Shown piece after piece: positions 25,431 through 38,136 of a stretch of DNA of 64,000 nt. The stretch spans positions 92,568,001 through 92,632,000 of the forward strand of contig NC_045697.1 in the NCBI RefSeq assembly GCF_009834535.1, in the 5' to 3' direction. Numbering within the stretch: position 1 is the stretch's first letter; each line of letters begins with the position of its first letter. A program made the position numbers and the translations under genes. Origin of the DNA: Camelus ferus. Taxonomy: Eukaryota. Below the pieces are notes generated by a model. The model did no database searches. It saw only the letters and a list, made by a program, of their open reading frames with translations, and was not told where the DNA came from.

Positions 25431-26656
25431 CCATTTATTCTAGCAAGGGAATAGTCTCAATGAGATAAACTGTATCTAAAAAAAACCTTCAGCAAACAAC
25501 ATAATTAATGAGCAAATATTCTAAGTTTTCGCTTTGGGATCAGAAATGACTCAATAATGCGCCTGTCAACATATCTTCTATCTTGTTCAAGAATTCTTAG
25601 GTAGTTAAACGAGGGAAAAATTAATTTTAATTTGTGTTGTAATTGTAGAGCTGTAATCAGTTGGGTGTAAGTTTGTTACACATGCCAAATCTTATTTTTC
25701 TAAAGTATACTTCAGAGGAATTATATCCTAAAGTAATATAGAAACAAAATTTATTGGGAAAATTGCTATCAAACTTCTTAGTTACTAAAACAGATTTAAT
25801 ATGATTTTTGGAAATTTATAAGGAAAGAATGAAAATACTTCAGCAATTATTTATATTAATAATTAGTAACTAAATATATATGTATATTTATTTCTCCAAA
25901 GGTTTTCAGTGCTAGTGAAAAAGAAAAAATATGAATTAAAATCTATTATATGTTTTATAATGGATTAATTCAAACAAATATTTTTCAATAATTTTATTTT
26001 CAAGGCAGTTAATTAGATTTTATAAGCTAGAGCAAAATGACTTTACTGTAGTTTTTAATGTCTAAAGACATTTGATTTGAGCACTTCACATTCAAATTTA
26101 TTCTGAAATATGTATCAGCATACATTTTTGCATTTTCAGTTTCTTGTTAAAACATGCTTTACACATATGATACTAAACTGAACCATCAGATTGAAATGAG
26201 TATTGGATTAAGCACAGATTTATGTTCAAAATATTTTACTAAGCCTCAGAAATTCTGAAAATAAGTATGATTAAATTTCAAGTAATATCTGAAATATCTT
26301 GAATCACTAAAAAATGATATATTGGAAGGCTGAGTTACATAATACGTTAAAATGAGGCTAATGTCAATTAAATGAAATTTCAGATTTCGTTTTCCAGTTA
26401 TGTTATATGTGTACCCATACGTATATATGTGTGTGTATATATATGTGTGTGTGTGTGTATATATATATGCACATAAACAAAATCGCCTATCAAAAAAGAT
26501 GTGTGTATGTATACAACACATATACACATGGGGGATATGGTTAGATTTTGGAAGATAAATGCTTCTAGTAACTTATTTCAAAATTTATTGACAACACATA
26601 ATACAAATAATACAGTACAGTTTAAGTGGAAGAAAACTGGAGAAGATATAATTAAT

Positions 26657-26810
26657 TACAATAGTAGTTTCCTGTTGTTGCTGTAACAAATTACCACAAA
26701 CAGTGGTTTACGACAACACACATTTACTATCTTACATTTCTGCAGATCAGAAGTCAGAAATCTGTTTCAAAAGGCTGAAACCGACTCTAGGCCCATTCCT
26801 TTGGGAGGCT
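26657..26810 (-). mobile_element. MaLR (MLT1) LTR fragment
   Basis: tagtttcctgttgttgctgtaacaaattaccacaaacagtggttta...catttactatcttacatttctgcagatcagaagtc. Confidence 0.7.
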
Positions 26811-26820
26811 ATAGGTTTTA

Positions 26821-26955
26821 CAGTAGTTCCACTCCCACCCTGCCCTTGTTCATGGTTTCACTGTCCATGATTTAAGTTACCTGTGGCCAGCCACAGTCTG
26901 AAAATATTAAATAGAAAATTACAGAATAAACAATTCAGAAGTTTAAAATTGCAAA
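26821..26955 (+). mobile_element. Tigger-derived MITE fragment (MER44-like)
   Basis: TA followed by cagtagttcc...agttacctgtggccagccacagtctgaaaatattaaatagaaaattacagaataaacaattc. Confidence 0.7.
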
Positions 26956-28250
26956 CTGAATCATAGACCTAAATGTAAAATACAAAACTATCAAGTTCCT
27001 AGCAGACAACATGGGAGAAAATAAAGTGGTGTTGAGTTTTACAGCTACTTTTTAGATACAACACCAAAAGCACAATTCATGAAAGAAAAAAACTGATAAG
27101 CTGAACTTCATTAAAATTAAAGACTTCTGTGAAAGACGCTGTTAAAAGAATGAAAGATAAGCCACATCCTGAAATATTTACAACATGCATACATGATAAA
27201 GGACTATTATCCAAAATATACAAATTACTCATAAAACTCAACACTAAGAAAACAAATAACTCAATTAAAATTGGCATAAGACGTGAGCAGACATCGCACC
27301 AGAAAACGATATACTCATGGCAAATAAACACTTGAAAAGATGCTCCACATCATATGTCATCAAGGAAATTCAGATTAAAACAATGAGATACCACACATAT
27401 CTTTTAGAATGACCAAAATCCAGAACACCGACAACCTCAAATAGAGGCAAGAATGTGGAGCAATAGGAACTCTCATACATTGCTGGTGGGAATGTAAAAT
27501 GGCACAGCTACTTTGGAGGACAGTTTGGCAGTTTTACACCAAGTTATACATACTCTTACCATATGATCTGGCAATTGCACTCCTTGTTTTATTTTACTCT
27601 AATGAGTTGAAATTGTACAACTGAAACTTGCACATGAATGTTCATGGTAGCTTTACTCACATTGCCATTACTTGGAACTGACCAAAATGTCCTTCAGTAA
27701 ATGAATGGATAAACAAACTGTGTTGCACCTTAGACAATGGAATATTATTCAGTGATAAAGGAAATGAGCTATCAAGTCATGAAAAGACATGGAAAAATCT
27801 TAAATACATATTTTAGGAGAAAGAAGTAAATCTGAAAAGGCTATATACTGTTTGATTCCAACTATGTGATATTCTGATAAAGGCAAAATTACAGAGTAAA
27901 AAGATGAGTGATTCCCAGAGTTTTGGGGAGAGACAGAAAGGGATGAGTAAGTGGAGCTCAGAGAAAGTTTAGGGCACTTAAACTATTCTCTGTGATACTG
28001 TAATTGTGGATACTTGTCATTATGCATTTGTCAAAACCCTTTGAATGTATAACACTAAGAGTGAACTATGGACTTTAGTTAATAATAATGTATCAATATA
28101 GGCTTATCAGTTTTCACAGTTGTGCCATACTAATGCAAGACATTAATAATAGGGGAAACTATATGTCTGTGGGGGTAAGGAGGTATATACATTTTACACA
28201 AGTGTTTTGTGAATTAAAACTAGTATAAATAATAATTTCTAATAAAAAAA
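26956..28250 (+). mobile_element. Old LINE-1 3' region (L1MB/L1MC-like ORF2 end plus 3' UTR)
   Basis: atagacctaaatgtaaaa, ttcattaaaattaaagacttctg, ggaactctcatacattgctggtgggaatgtaaaatgg, ctatggactttagttaataataatgtatcaata. Confidence 0.85.
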
Positions 28251-28529
28251 TGTGAAACATAGTTAGCCTTAAATATATTTTAAAAACTTTAGAGGTTCCC
28301 AATTTTTTTTTTTTTTTGACATCTATGAACAGCAGTGCCTCTTTGGTTTTCTAGGGCTAACTGCCAATATTTGTGATTAAATCCCCTCTGCCTCCTTTGG
28401 GACATTGCCTAGTTAATTATAGTACCTTCTTCATCAAATTTTCATTTTCTCTTCAACCACCATCTCCTTCCTTAGTATCTGTGAACACAAGCAGACATGT
28501 TTCCTGGAGTTTCATCTTCATATTCTCCT

Positions 28530-29050
28530 TATTGGACACTTTCCTATGAATGCCCACATGTCATTTCAAATTCAGCATGTGTTAAGCAAGATAAATACCT
28601 TTCCCTCAAAAGAAACAGCTCCATCTCACTACTCTATTCAGCCATTATTTTGTATCCTTAAGTTAGACATTGCTAAATGAAGTTGAATTTTCCCTTGTCC
28701 TTTCTCCAAGTAGCCAATCAGGACACATTGTTTACTGTTTTTCAGAATGTCTCTGAATCAATTTTTCCCAATTCTCACTGTCATTGTCTTGCCTATTAAC
28801 TCATTATTCTATGCCTGGATTGCTAAAATGGTTCTCTGAATAACCGTCTGACTTTCAGTTTTTTCTGTTCCTATCTGTATTTCAGAAAGCACCTAGATCA
28901 ATCTTTAATAACAGATTAAGTCCAACATGTTCTTAAATTTTATCAGTGTTTCATCTCTAATGTGGTCTTAGAGATCATCTGAATCAAATTTTCTCCAGAC
29001 ATGTCAAGTGCATTCTTAAAGCTTCTGTGCAATTTATGCTATTTTTATTC
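28530..29050 (+). mobile_element. LINE-2 relic
   Basis: cacatgtcatttcaaattcagcatgt, ttattctatgcctggattgctaaaatggttctc. Confidence 0.5.
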
Positions 29051-29068
29051 TTAAATGCCTACTTTATT

Positions 29069-29829
29069 ATTTTTTTAACATTTTTTATTAAGTTATAGTC
29101 ATTTTACAATGTTGTGTCAAATTCAGGTATAGAGCACAATTTTTCAGTTATACATGAACATACATATATTCATTGTCTTTTTTTTTTTTGCTGTGAGCTG
29201 CCACAAGATCTTGTATATATTTCCCATTGCTATACAGTATAATCTTGTTTATCTATTCTGCAGATGCCTGTCAGTATCTACAGATTTTGAAATCCCATTG
29301 TGTCTCTTCCCACACCCCACCCCCTTGGCAACCACAAGTTTGTATTCTATGTGTATGAGTCTGTTTCTGTTTTGTATTTATGTTCTTTTTTTTTTTATTA
29401 TTCCACATATGAGCAATCTCATATAGTATTTTTCTTTGTCTTTCTGGCTTACTTCACTTAGAATCACATTCTCCAAAGACATCCATGTTGCTGCAAATGG
29501 CATTATGTTGTCAGTTTTTATGGCTGAATAGTATTCCATTGCATAAATATACCACATCTTTATCCAGGCATCTGTTGATGAACATTTAGGCTGTTTCCAT
29601 GTCTTGGCTATTGTAAGTAGTGCTGCTATGAACACTGGGGTGCAGGTGTCTTTTTGAAGTAAGGTTCCTTCTGGATTTATGCCCAGGAGTGGGATTACTG
29701 GGTCATATGGTAAGTCTATTCCTAGTCTTTTGAGGAATCTCCATACTGTTTTCCATAATGGCTGCACCAAACTGCATTCCCACAAGTAGTGTAGGAGGGT
29801 TTCCTTTTCTCCACAGCCTCTCCAGCATG
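29069..29829 (-). mobile_element. Young 5'-truncated LINE-1 with 16-bp TSD
   Basis: ORF 29378-29893(-) carries CWRGC...[19 protein letters not shown]...; exact TSD AAATGCCTACTTTATT at 29053-29068 and 29830-29845. Confidence 0.95.
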
Positions 29830-32800
29830 AAATGCCTACTTTATTCTTGACAAACTCCAAGTGTGAGAAAAATATAAAGTGCTGTTTGGTCAAAATTTAA
29901 CATTAGATGATATATTTTTATTGCTGATATTTAGGTTTTCTTTTTAAATTAGCAGGTAATTTTTCCCCCTTAAATCAGTTCACCAGAGTTCTTTATTCCT
30001 TTTAGACTTAGTCGCAAACTATTTTGTTAACGTCTGTCTCCATCTTGAATGCATGCTGATATAACTTAAGATTAAGACAGGTTTTTCCCTTACAAATATA
30101 CTTCTATATTCTAATATTGCAACTTCAGTTAATCAAAAATTAATGACTAAGCAGTTGATATCACTCTTTTCCGTGTCAGATTAATGAATTTTAGAGGGGA
30201 CATCAGTAGGTTTAACAGACTTTTAAAATACCTCTGTAACAGAATTTTCTAAATCAAAATTATATTTTCAACCAAGAGGTTAGTAAAATTAAAAATTGTG
30301 CAGCTAAACTACATATTAAAAGATAGAGAGCTGATTTGTGTTGTAAAGAACATTTTACTCAGCAGACATATAGAAATTGCTATGAACTTTTATGCACTAT
30401 ACGGTTCCTTTTTGAAATGATAAAGAACTTATTTTAGAAGTTAACCTTTAAGGAACTGATGTGCATTCTGTTTGAAAAATCTTTGATTATGGCTAAAGGA
30501 ATACGTATTGTAGGTTACCATAAATGATATTGCTTTATAAGACAACATAGCTGTGCAGAATTATCTTTTCTGGAAAATAGTGACCTTAGCAAATATTTAA
30601 GAAATAATATGTCTTTCAAACAGTAAAATCCACAAGGCTCAGGCTTCTGTAGTACCAAATGGGGGAAGGAAGGACAATTGCGTTTATCTTAATGATTTTT
30701 AAATGGGGAAGTAATTTTGTAAGTCTTTAGTTACCTGAGAAACATATGGATTAGTATCATTAAATATTGTTTTAATGAGATCAAAATCATCCAAATGAAA
30801 TATTAACCCTTATGCCCTCTCTAACAAGAGCTGAATTATCAATGCGATGGCACAGTCTAGGAATGTCAGAGAATGAATAGTGGAGATGACCTCCAGGAGG
30901 AGGAAAAAGGAAAGCAGAGACTGGATTGAGCCGTAAGAAGTGGAGGCAGCCAGACAGCATCAGGAGCTCCAGGGTGGGAAACTGGTAGAAGTTTTCTTTA
31001 AGTGGGTAGAGTACAGGGATAGGAAGGTGTTAGAAGACAAAGCCCTCTTAACAAAATCTGTCAAAAGGCCAGGAACCAGGTTCTCCTTTAAGAACAAAAG
31101 CATGACTAAGCCCTTGAGGAGGAAACTCAGTAGGAAGAAAAGACGTAAAATGAAGCATGAGGATTAACGTTTATTTATTGCCTTCTATGTGCTAAATCCT
31201 CACCTATGTATTTTGCAAACGTTATTTTTGTTATTTAGTCAACAATGCAATGGTTTATTTCTTCATATTCTCATTTAAATATTAAAAAGCTCACAGAAAA
31301 ATGGTAGACTGTGTATATTCAGTTTAGAACTGTGTAATTTCAAAGATCATTTTCTTATCTACTCTGTTGATTCCCTAATTTTGACAACTAAGGTGCAAGA
31401 CAGTTTGTCATGGACATAGTTAAGGCTGTCAATGGTGGTTAAGTGTACCATCAATGAGTAAAATTCTGGAAGAGAACAAGTAGTAAAGATGAATTGGTAC
31501 CTAACCCATTAAGTTACTATGCTAAAACCCAAACTGTTAGAAGCTCCAGCTTCACTACATGTGAACCATGGTCATCTTGAATTACACAGCAGAGAAAGAG
31601 CTAGAGGGGTTGCCTGTCTTAAATACCCTTTCGTTCACAACCCATTTTCCAGAACAAGATTCAAAACCTACCTACTTATGAAGAGACTGGGAAATGTTGG
31701 CAAGCTCGTGAATATTCAGTGAGTATAGTAAATGATAATTAGAAAACAAGATGGTACTATATTTTTCTGCTCCTCTAGTTGATATGAGAATGAATTTCAA
31801 CCCTACTGTACCTCAGATTTCCTTGAAAAATATTTTTCAAGCTTACAGTATTAGATTTTTTTCTTCTTTTCTTAATTTTAGGGTTACTTTTATGTTTTAT
31901 GTATTGAAGTTATATATTTTTACATTTTATTAAATTTTATATAGGGATATGTTTTGCTCTAACTTTTAATTTGTTATCTTTGCCTGAAAGTTTAGCTTCT
32001 GCCTACTAAGGGTATTTTATCACCTTGAAATGTATTATTGTTACCTTATTTTGTATTTTTGGTTGTTTTATGTTTTTGTATTTTCATATATCTACTGTTA
32101 TTTTCTCATAAAAAACACTTTTATTTTGGCTTTACTTTCCGATGTGCCATACATAGGATACATCATGTGTTTGATTAATGGGAATGTTTACTTTTAAGTT
32201 TTAATCTATTTTCTAAAATTCCTCAAATTATCAAGAAGTTAAGCCATATCATTTTAGTTTTTTCATGTTAGATGAAAAATAATTTACATAAAAGCATAAC
32301 TTCAAATCCCTCTGGTTGTATATTACTCATTTTAAAAATATTACTTATATATGATTTTAAGGCCATTTAATATTTTTAATTTATTAATATAAACAACAGA
32401 CCTTTAAAAATATATAAGCAAGTTGTTTATATGGTAGACATTGATTATAAATACTAATTCATTAACTCTAATCTTACCTTTTATTTATCTTTTAATTAAC
32501 TCATTTAATTTTATTATTAAAAATTTTTATTTATCTTACTTCTTAAAATAATTTAAAATACTTAAAATTATAATTTAATGTTATAAATCAGAATTCATTA
32601 TGATTGACTACATAATAAACACATCAATGTTCAACATTAAAACATTTTCAATTTTTAAAGTAACTTCAAAATTTGTTTAATAACTTCAAGGAATTTTTTT
32701 CACACAGTCTTCTTAGATAGCATATATTTTTAATTCTTATACATACTGCACGTGTGTATTTTGTTGTATGATTCATAATCTTTTTCCTAAACATAATTCT

Positions 32801-34482
32801 CCAGAAATTTTTGAAGGTAATCTATCATCCTTAAGAGGTTAATGTTATAGAAGGGAAAACTAAAAGGCTATCTTATATTTTTAAATTTTTATTGTTAAAC
32901 TGCTTTTCTCTTCTTGGGATTTCATTTTATCCTTGAAACTCAAAGTTTCTGCCAGATGCTGGTTTATTTTTATAATAAGGCTTGATGAATGTTGAGCTCT
33001 GTCACTCTACAGGGTCAGATGTTTCTAAAAGTTTTATTTTACTTTACTAAATATTCAGTTATTTCTTTAGTTTCATTTGTTACAGTTACTTAACCAAAAA
33101 TGCCAATTTTTTCTTACTTATGTGAACTGTTTTGCATAACTTTCTTTTCTCTGCCTTATGGTATTTTCACTCTATATTTTATAGTTTTCTTACCTTTTTA
33201 TTATGCACTTACAGATAAAACTGTTTTAATGCACGGTGCCAAAAATGAATATTTATTTATAAACTATATATGTTTAAATAAAATTTTCTTCTTCACAGTA
33301 GGTAAAATAATGACTCTCATACAGATGTGAAATGAACATGTCAATCATTTTCTTGACTCAGTAATGAATTAGGGAAGCACTAAAGTGTTATAACCAGTCC
33401 AAAGGAAAACTCAAAGGATCACATACGTATATATATATATAGGTCAACAGGGATTATAAAGTGCATTTACAAATACATTAAAATAGGTCTAGCCCTTGGA
33501 AATAATCAGTTGCATTCCAGATGACACAATTAATTTGCATTTTTACTGTTAAGAATTGGTTGCATTTCGCAAAGACAAAGGAAGGCTGATATAAATGTGA
33601 AAGGTTCATATAAAAAACATTACTTCTTTATTATGAACATAAAAAAATACACAATGTGAAATTTTTAAGTGAGGTAGAAATAAAATTAACAATTTTACTG
33701 TCATGCTAATTTTGGTCACTTCACACAAATATTAACCAATATTTCAAGGTCCAAGTTTCTTAGGGTAACAGGTTATCATAATATAGGGGATTAAAAAACC
33801 ATACTTTGAAAAGTCTTGATAATTTAAAAATTATCAGAACAGATTAACCAAATGGTAGTCCAAACGAGAATATAACCAATTAAGTCAGAATGAATAACAA
33901 ATTTGCTGAAAACAAAAGAACCAGGGTAGCTGTGGCACTACTAACAGAATCCTGGCTCTATATACGAAGTATGCTGGCCAGTTGCCTGTCTAACCAAATT
34001 TCTAATGTCTGGCTATCATTCATCTAGTTGATTTTGTTGCACTAAAAGGAATCTCCTGTTCTTCCTCCTTGAACTTCTGACTTTGTGGAGTGCCATACTG
34101 AAAACTTAAAACACCTATATTTCTTCCTTTGTCAGAACCAGCACTCTACGAACAGTAAGTCCCAGAATGCAACACCTCTAACCCCTTTCCTTTCCTGCTT
34201 CTTGTAACTACTCATATCACATTCTAGCTGTAATGCACTACTACACGTCTACTTGTGCTCTAAACTTGATATTTTAGAGTACTAACAATTAAAGACATGA
34301 GTTAAATGTAGAAATGTAGGTGTTGTGGTAGAGTTTGAAGGGGGTGATACAGCTCAGCCAACTTGGAAAACAATTTATATACTAAGAAAAAGAGGTTACT
34401 GAATTTCTGTTAATGAAAGCTAAATGTTTCTCCGTTAGGAATTAACAGTAATTACAGATGAGATAAACTTCTTCCCTGACAC

Positions 34483-34614
34483 TTTTTTTTGTCTTTGTTT
34501 TTGGTAGGGGGAAGTAATTAGGTTTATTTATTCATTTTTAGAGGAGGTACTGGGGATTGAACCCAGGACCTTGTGTATGTTAAGCATGTGCTCTACCACT
34601 TGAGCTATCCTTCC
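34483..34614 (-). mobile_element. tRNA-Ala-derived SINE (camelid vic-1 type), second copy
   Basis: Reverse complement reads ...gatagctcaagtggtagagcacatgcttaacatacacaaggtcctgggttcaatccccagtacc...; imperfect TSD CTTCCCTGAC / CCTCCCTGAC. Confidence 0.9.
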
Positions 34615-35723
34615 TCCTCCCTGACTTCTTCATTAAAAGACACTCTTTTTACTTTTTTAATTCTTTCTGTGAATACTGTCATTTGAGTCTGGAGTATTAT
34701 TGCTGTCTATTCCAGGTTTTTAGGTTTGTTTTTTTTTTCAATATTGCATGTCTTTGTATATTTTCAATTAAAAGAAGATGGCAAATTTAGACCTTAATTT
34801 TGCATCTTAATTTAAATGCCCCAGTGTTTATGTGCAGCCCTTGCTTTGCTGGAATCACTTATAATACTTGATACATTGATCACTTCTTCCTTGTCTAGCA
34901 GTTTCCTACCCTCTTTTTAATTTTCCTCCTCTCTATCTATTCCTTCACAAATTTCTCTTGCATTATTCCTTAAAATAACTGGTCACCATAGACTTGACTT
35001 TCTTTTAGCCACTCTTACTAGTTAGCTCATCCATTTAGCTACAACCATAGCTATAATTAATGACATTATGCCATTGATTCTTTTAACTATATCTCAGGCC
35101 AGTGCATGACTAATGAACTATAGAACTCCATATTCTATTCTATAATGCAGTATCCATATTTGGATACTGGACATAACAAATTAGGACTTACTATTTTTTC
35201 TTAGCCCTTCAATATACTTTTATCCCCTTCATTTTTTAACATAGTCAGTGTTAATATTATCCATCCATTATACCAAAACCCTAATTTGTGGTTTATCTTT
35301 GAATTTTTTAAAAATCAAAGCTCTTACAATCAATTGTGCCTCAAAATTTGTTGATGCTACTTTTTCAGTATCTCTCAAATACACCTCCTCTTCTTTATCC
35401 TCAGTGGCCATGCATTAGTTCAGATCAGCAGTATCTCTGTTCTCTGTTACCACAACTGCTTCCTAGATGACTATAAAACCTTTAGGTTGACAGTCCAACA
35501 ATCCACTTTTTATCTTGCTTGTTAGTGATTCCTCTAAAATAGTTTTCAAGGCTTTAATAGTCATTGTTTTTCCTAAAGCTTTCAATAAAAAATCTCATTG
35601 TCCTAACAAGTATGTAATGACCACCTTAGTAGCAGTTCCCCAACTCTTTACATGAATGGTTATTTTCTCTTTTGCTTCTATGTGTTTGTCTTATGGACCT
35701 AATCCTTTCTACCTGCCTGATTC

Positions 35724-36183
35724 TTTCAAAGAAAATCAGAGCCAGATAGAAGTTAAAGCACAGAAAGCAAATTTCATTCAGGACTATTACATGAAGGGAA
35801 ATAGACCAATATACAACTAGGTTCCATTCCAAATGCAGCAGGGGCAAGTAGGGTTTTATAACCAAGGAGCAAGGGGACTGGTGTACAGAAAATTACTAAG
35901 AGGAGACATCAAATGGGTTGGGGGTGGGAGGCAGGCTGGATTCTGACTGAATTTACCTAGCAGGATTCCTGCTGAAGGCAGTTCAGAGTGATCAGATACC
36001 AAGAGTGGGGAGTAAGAAATTTTAATCACACATTAAGGGTGATCAGGTATCAGGGGGATTCTTGCTAAACTGACTTATCAGGATTCTTGCTAAAATTGTA
36101 TCTTACAATAAAGTGCACAGATGGGCCTAGGAGAAGATTCAGGAGCCTGACTAAAATTTGATTAAGCAAAGAATATTTGCCAA
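35724..36183 (-). mobile_element. ERV1 solo LTR (MER31-like)
   Basis: Reverse complement starts tggcaaatattctttgcttaatcaaattttagtcaggctcctgaatcttctcctaggcccatctgtgcact, with repeated ttagcaagaatcc motifs. Confidence 0.75.
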
Positions 36184-37737
36184 TGCCTATTCATGACACA
36201 AGACTGATCTTGGGTAACATTTCTTTTGTAAAATTTTCCTTAACTATTCTCCCATAAGGACCAGTGTGTGCTTCTATTAAAGCATGCATTATACTACATT
36301 GTTTAGTCTTTCCTAAACATTTTTGTAATATTTTCTACAATTAAACTGTCAGTTTTTTAGGATATTGATTTTCTTGGGTTCTCAATGTGGGGCATGGCAT
36401 CTGGTACATAGTAGGTGCTCCATAATTTTGTTTGGTTTTTTGATAAAAAAGGAATAAATGATACTGAAATTTATATGCATGTTAGCATATGTTTTTCATT
36501 AAGTAATTTTTGATTAAATATTTTGAAGGTAAGAAATATCAGAAAAGGAAAATAATATTTGCTAAAAGCAAACCTCTTCTAAATTACAATTTTATGCATA
36601 ACTTCTCTGCCTGAATAACTTAAATATATATAAGCAATGGTTTATCTTGTATTCATAATACAGTTTTGTGAATTTATTCATTACTAAGACATAATTCATA
36701 TTTCAGTAGTTTGTGATAGAAATCTAAAATTTGGTAGCCACAATGCTAATGAAGTACATTAGTGTTAGATATTTTAAATTGGTGGTTAAATATTTACTAC
36801 TTACTAGATTTTCTTACCTGCTGCTTCGTACAAATACGCTGATGATTTGCAGTGCTCAGAAAGATCTCTGCATATCTTTACACAAGGAGCCAGATGGCCT
36901 TCCACCATGACCTTTGCCCAATGCTATTAGCATCCAAGGGAGCTGAGAAGCTCTGTCTCATTATCCACAACCAGATGTTTTCTACTTCTCTATCACTATT
37001 GCTAAGTGGCAGTTAATGTCTAGCACAATGGGTATTTGCTTGAACCTATGATCCATGAAATGCTGTCTCTTAAAATACAAATACCACCCACTAGGAGAAA
37101 CTTCTCTCTGTGCATTTGTAATTCAATCATTCTTCTTTATTAGAAATCCTGCTATAATCTTAGCAGTATTTTATTTAATACTTTTCTATCTTTCTCAGCT
37201 GGCAGCAAGTAAGGATATTTTAGCCTAAGAAAGAGTCGAGTTGTAAATTCAAATAATACAGAAATTACTTCTGAATATTTATTGTTTCAGATAAGTTATC
37301 ACAATGTATTAACTCCATAAACAGCTCACAAACATCTAATTACCCCATCACTTTCCTGAAAGCCTGATGCTCAGAAAGGGAGTAGAAGCTATTTCAATTA
37401 CTAGCAAGCTCTATGCCCTGACAGGTTTAATAGTCAGTTTTCCCTGAGTTTGACTAATGAAAGTCACTCATTCAGAGTCTGATCTTTTCTGAGTAAACTG
37501 ATATAACTGAAATTATAGATATACTTTAACTTGTAGGAACAAAGTATCCTGATGTAATTGGAGCATGGGGCGTGGTGCATACTTATCTTACTTTGTGCTA
37601 AGCCAGGCAATATATGAAATAGTATGTCTGGTGTGATTTTTTTCAGATGTGTCTTTTAATTGTGAAGGACTTTTTACAGTATCTCCTAATTTGTAATGCC
37701 AGAAATAGTAGAAAGAAGGATGACTGTCTCTTATGAT

Positions 37738-38136
37738 TGATAAAGTGAATTCATATATCAGGACACACAAAACGAGGCTGCCCCAGTGGCCCTGCCCACA
37801 TCACAAATCCAAACCTAAGTCAGCCTGCACTTTAGGGAAAAACATGTCACGGAACATTAAAATACACCAATCACAATCCTTCAACTCAGCTTTAGCCAGC
37901 TTATCTTACCCTAGAAAATAGGACCTGCCAGCCTTCTGAGGAAACCCCTGACTTCCTAGCCAATGAAGCCCTATTTCTTCATTGCCTTTTCTAACGCTCT
38001 ATCACTCTTGCCCAGAATCCCTCAGAGTCCTCCACTCCTTGTGAGGCACTGTACTCTCCCAATTTGTGGATTGTTTTCCCTTGAATAAAGAACATCAAAC
38101 TCCTTGTTACTAACTTGTTTTAATTTTGTCTTTGAC
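37738..38136 (+). mobile_element. ERV-type solo LTR (family not identified)
   Basis: TG start, CCAAT motifs, AATAAA at 38084-38089 followed by a T-rich U5 ending ttttgtctttgac. Confidence 0.6.

Larger units (their letters stand above)
24060..25590 (+). mobile_element. Old LINE-1 ORF2 fragments interrupted by two LTR relics
   Basis: aaatacaacttgccaaaactga-like start, cagtatcattcatgaatacagatacaaaaatacttaataaaat (ISLMNIDAKILNK-like), aaaaaccttcagcaaacaacataattaatgag. Confidence 0.6.

Noticed and set aside
33296..33548. Possible MITE bounded by CAGTA...TACTG
   Set aside because: The terminal inverted match is only ~5 bp, with no TSD or recognised family
36818..36942. Minus-strand exon candidate with a CAG|GTAAGA donor
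   Set aside because: Weak acceptor and stops in all three frames; no support as a coding exon
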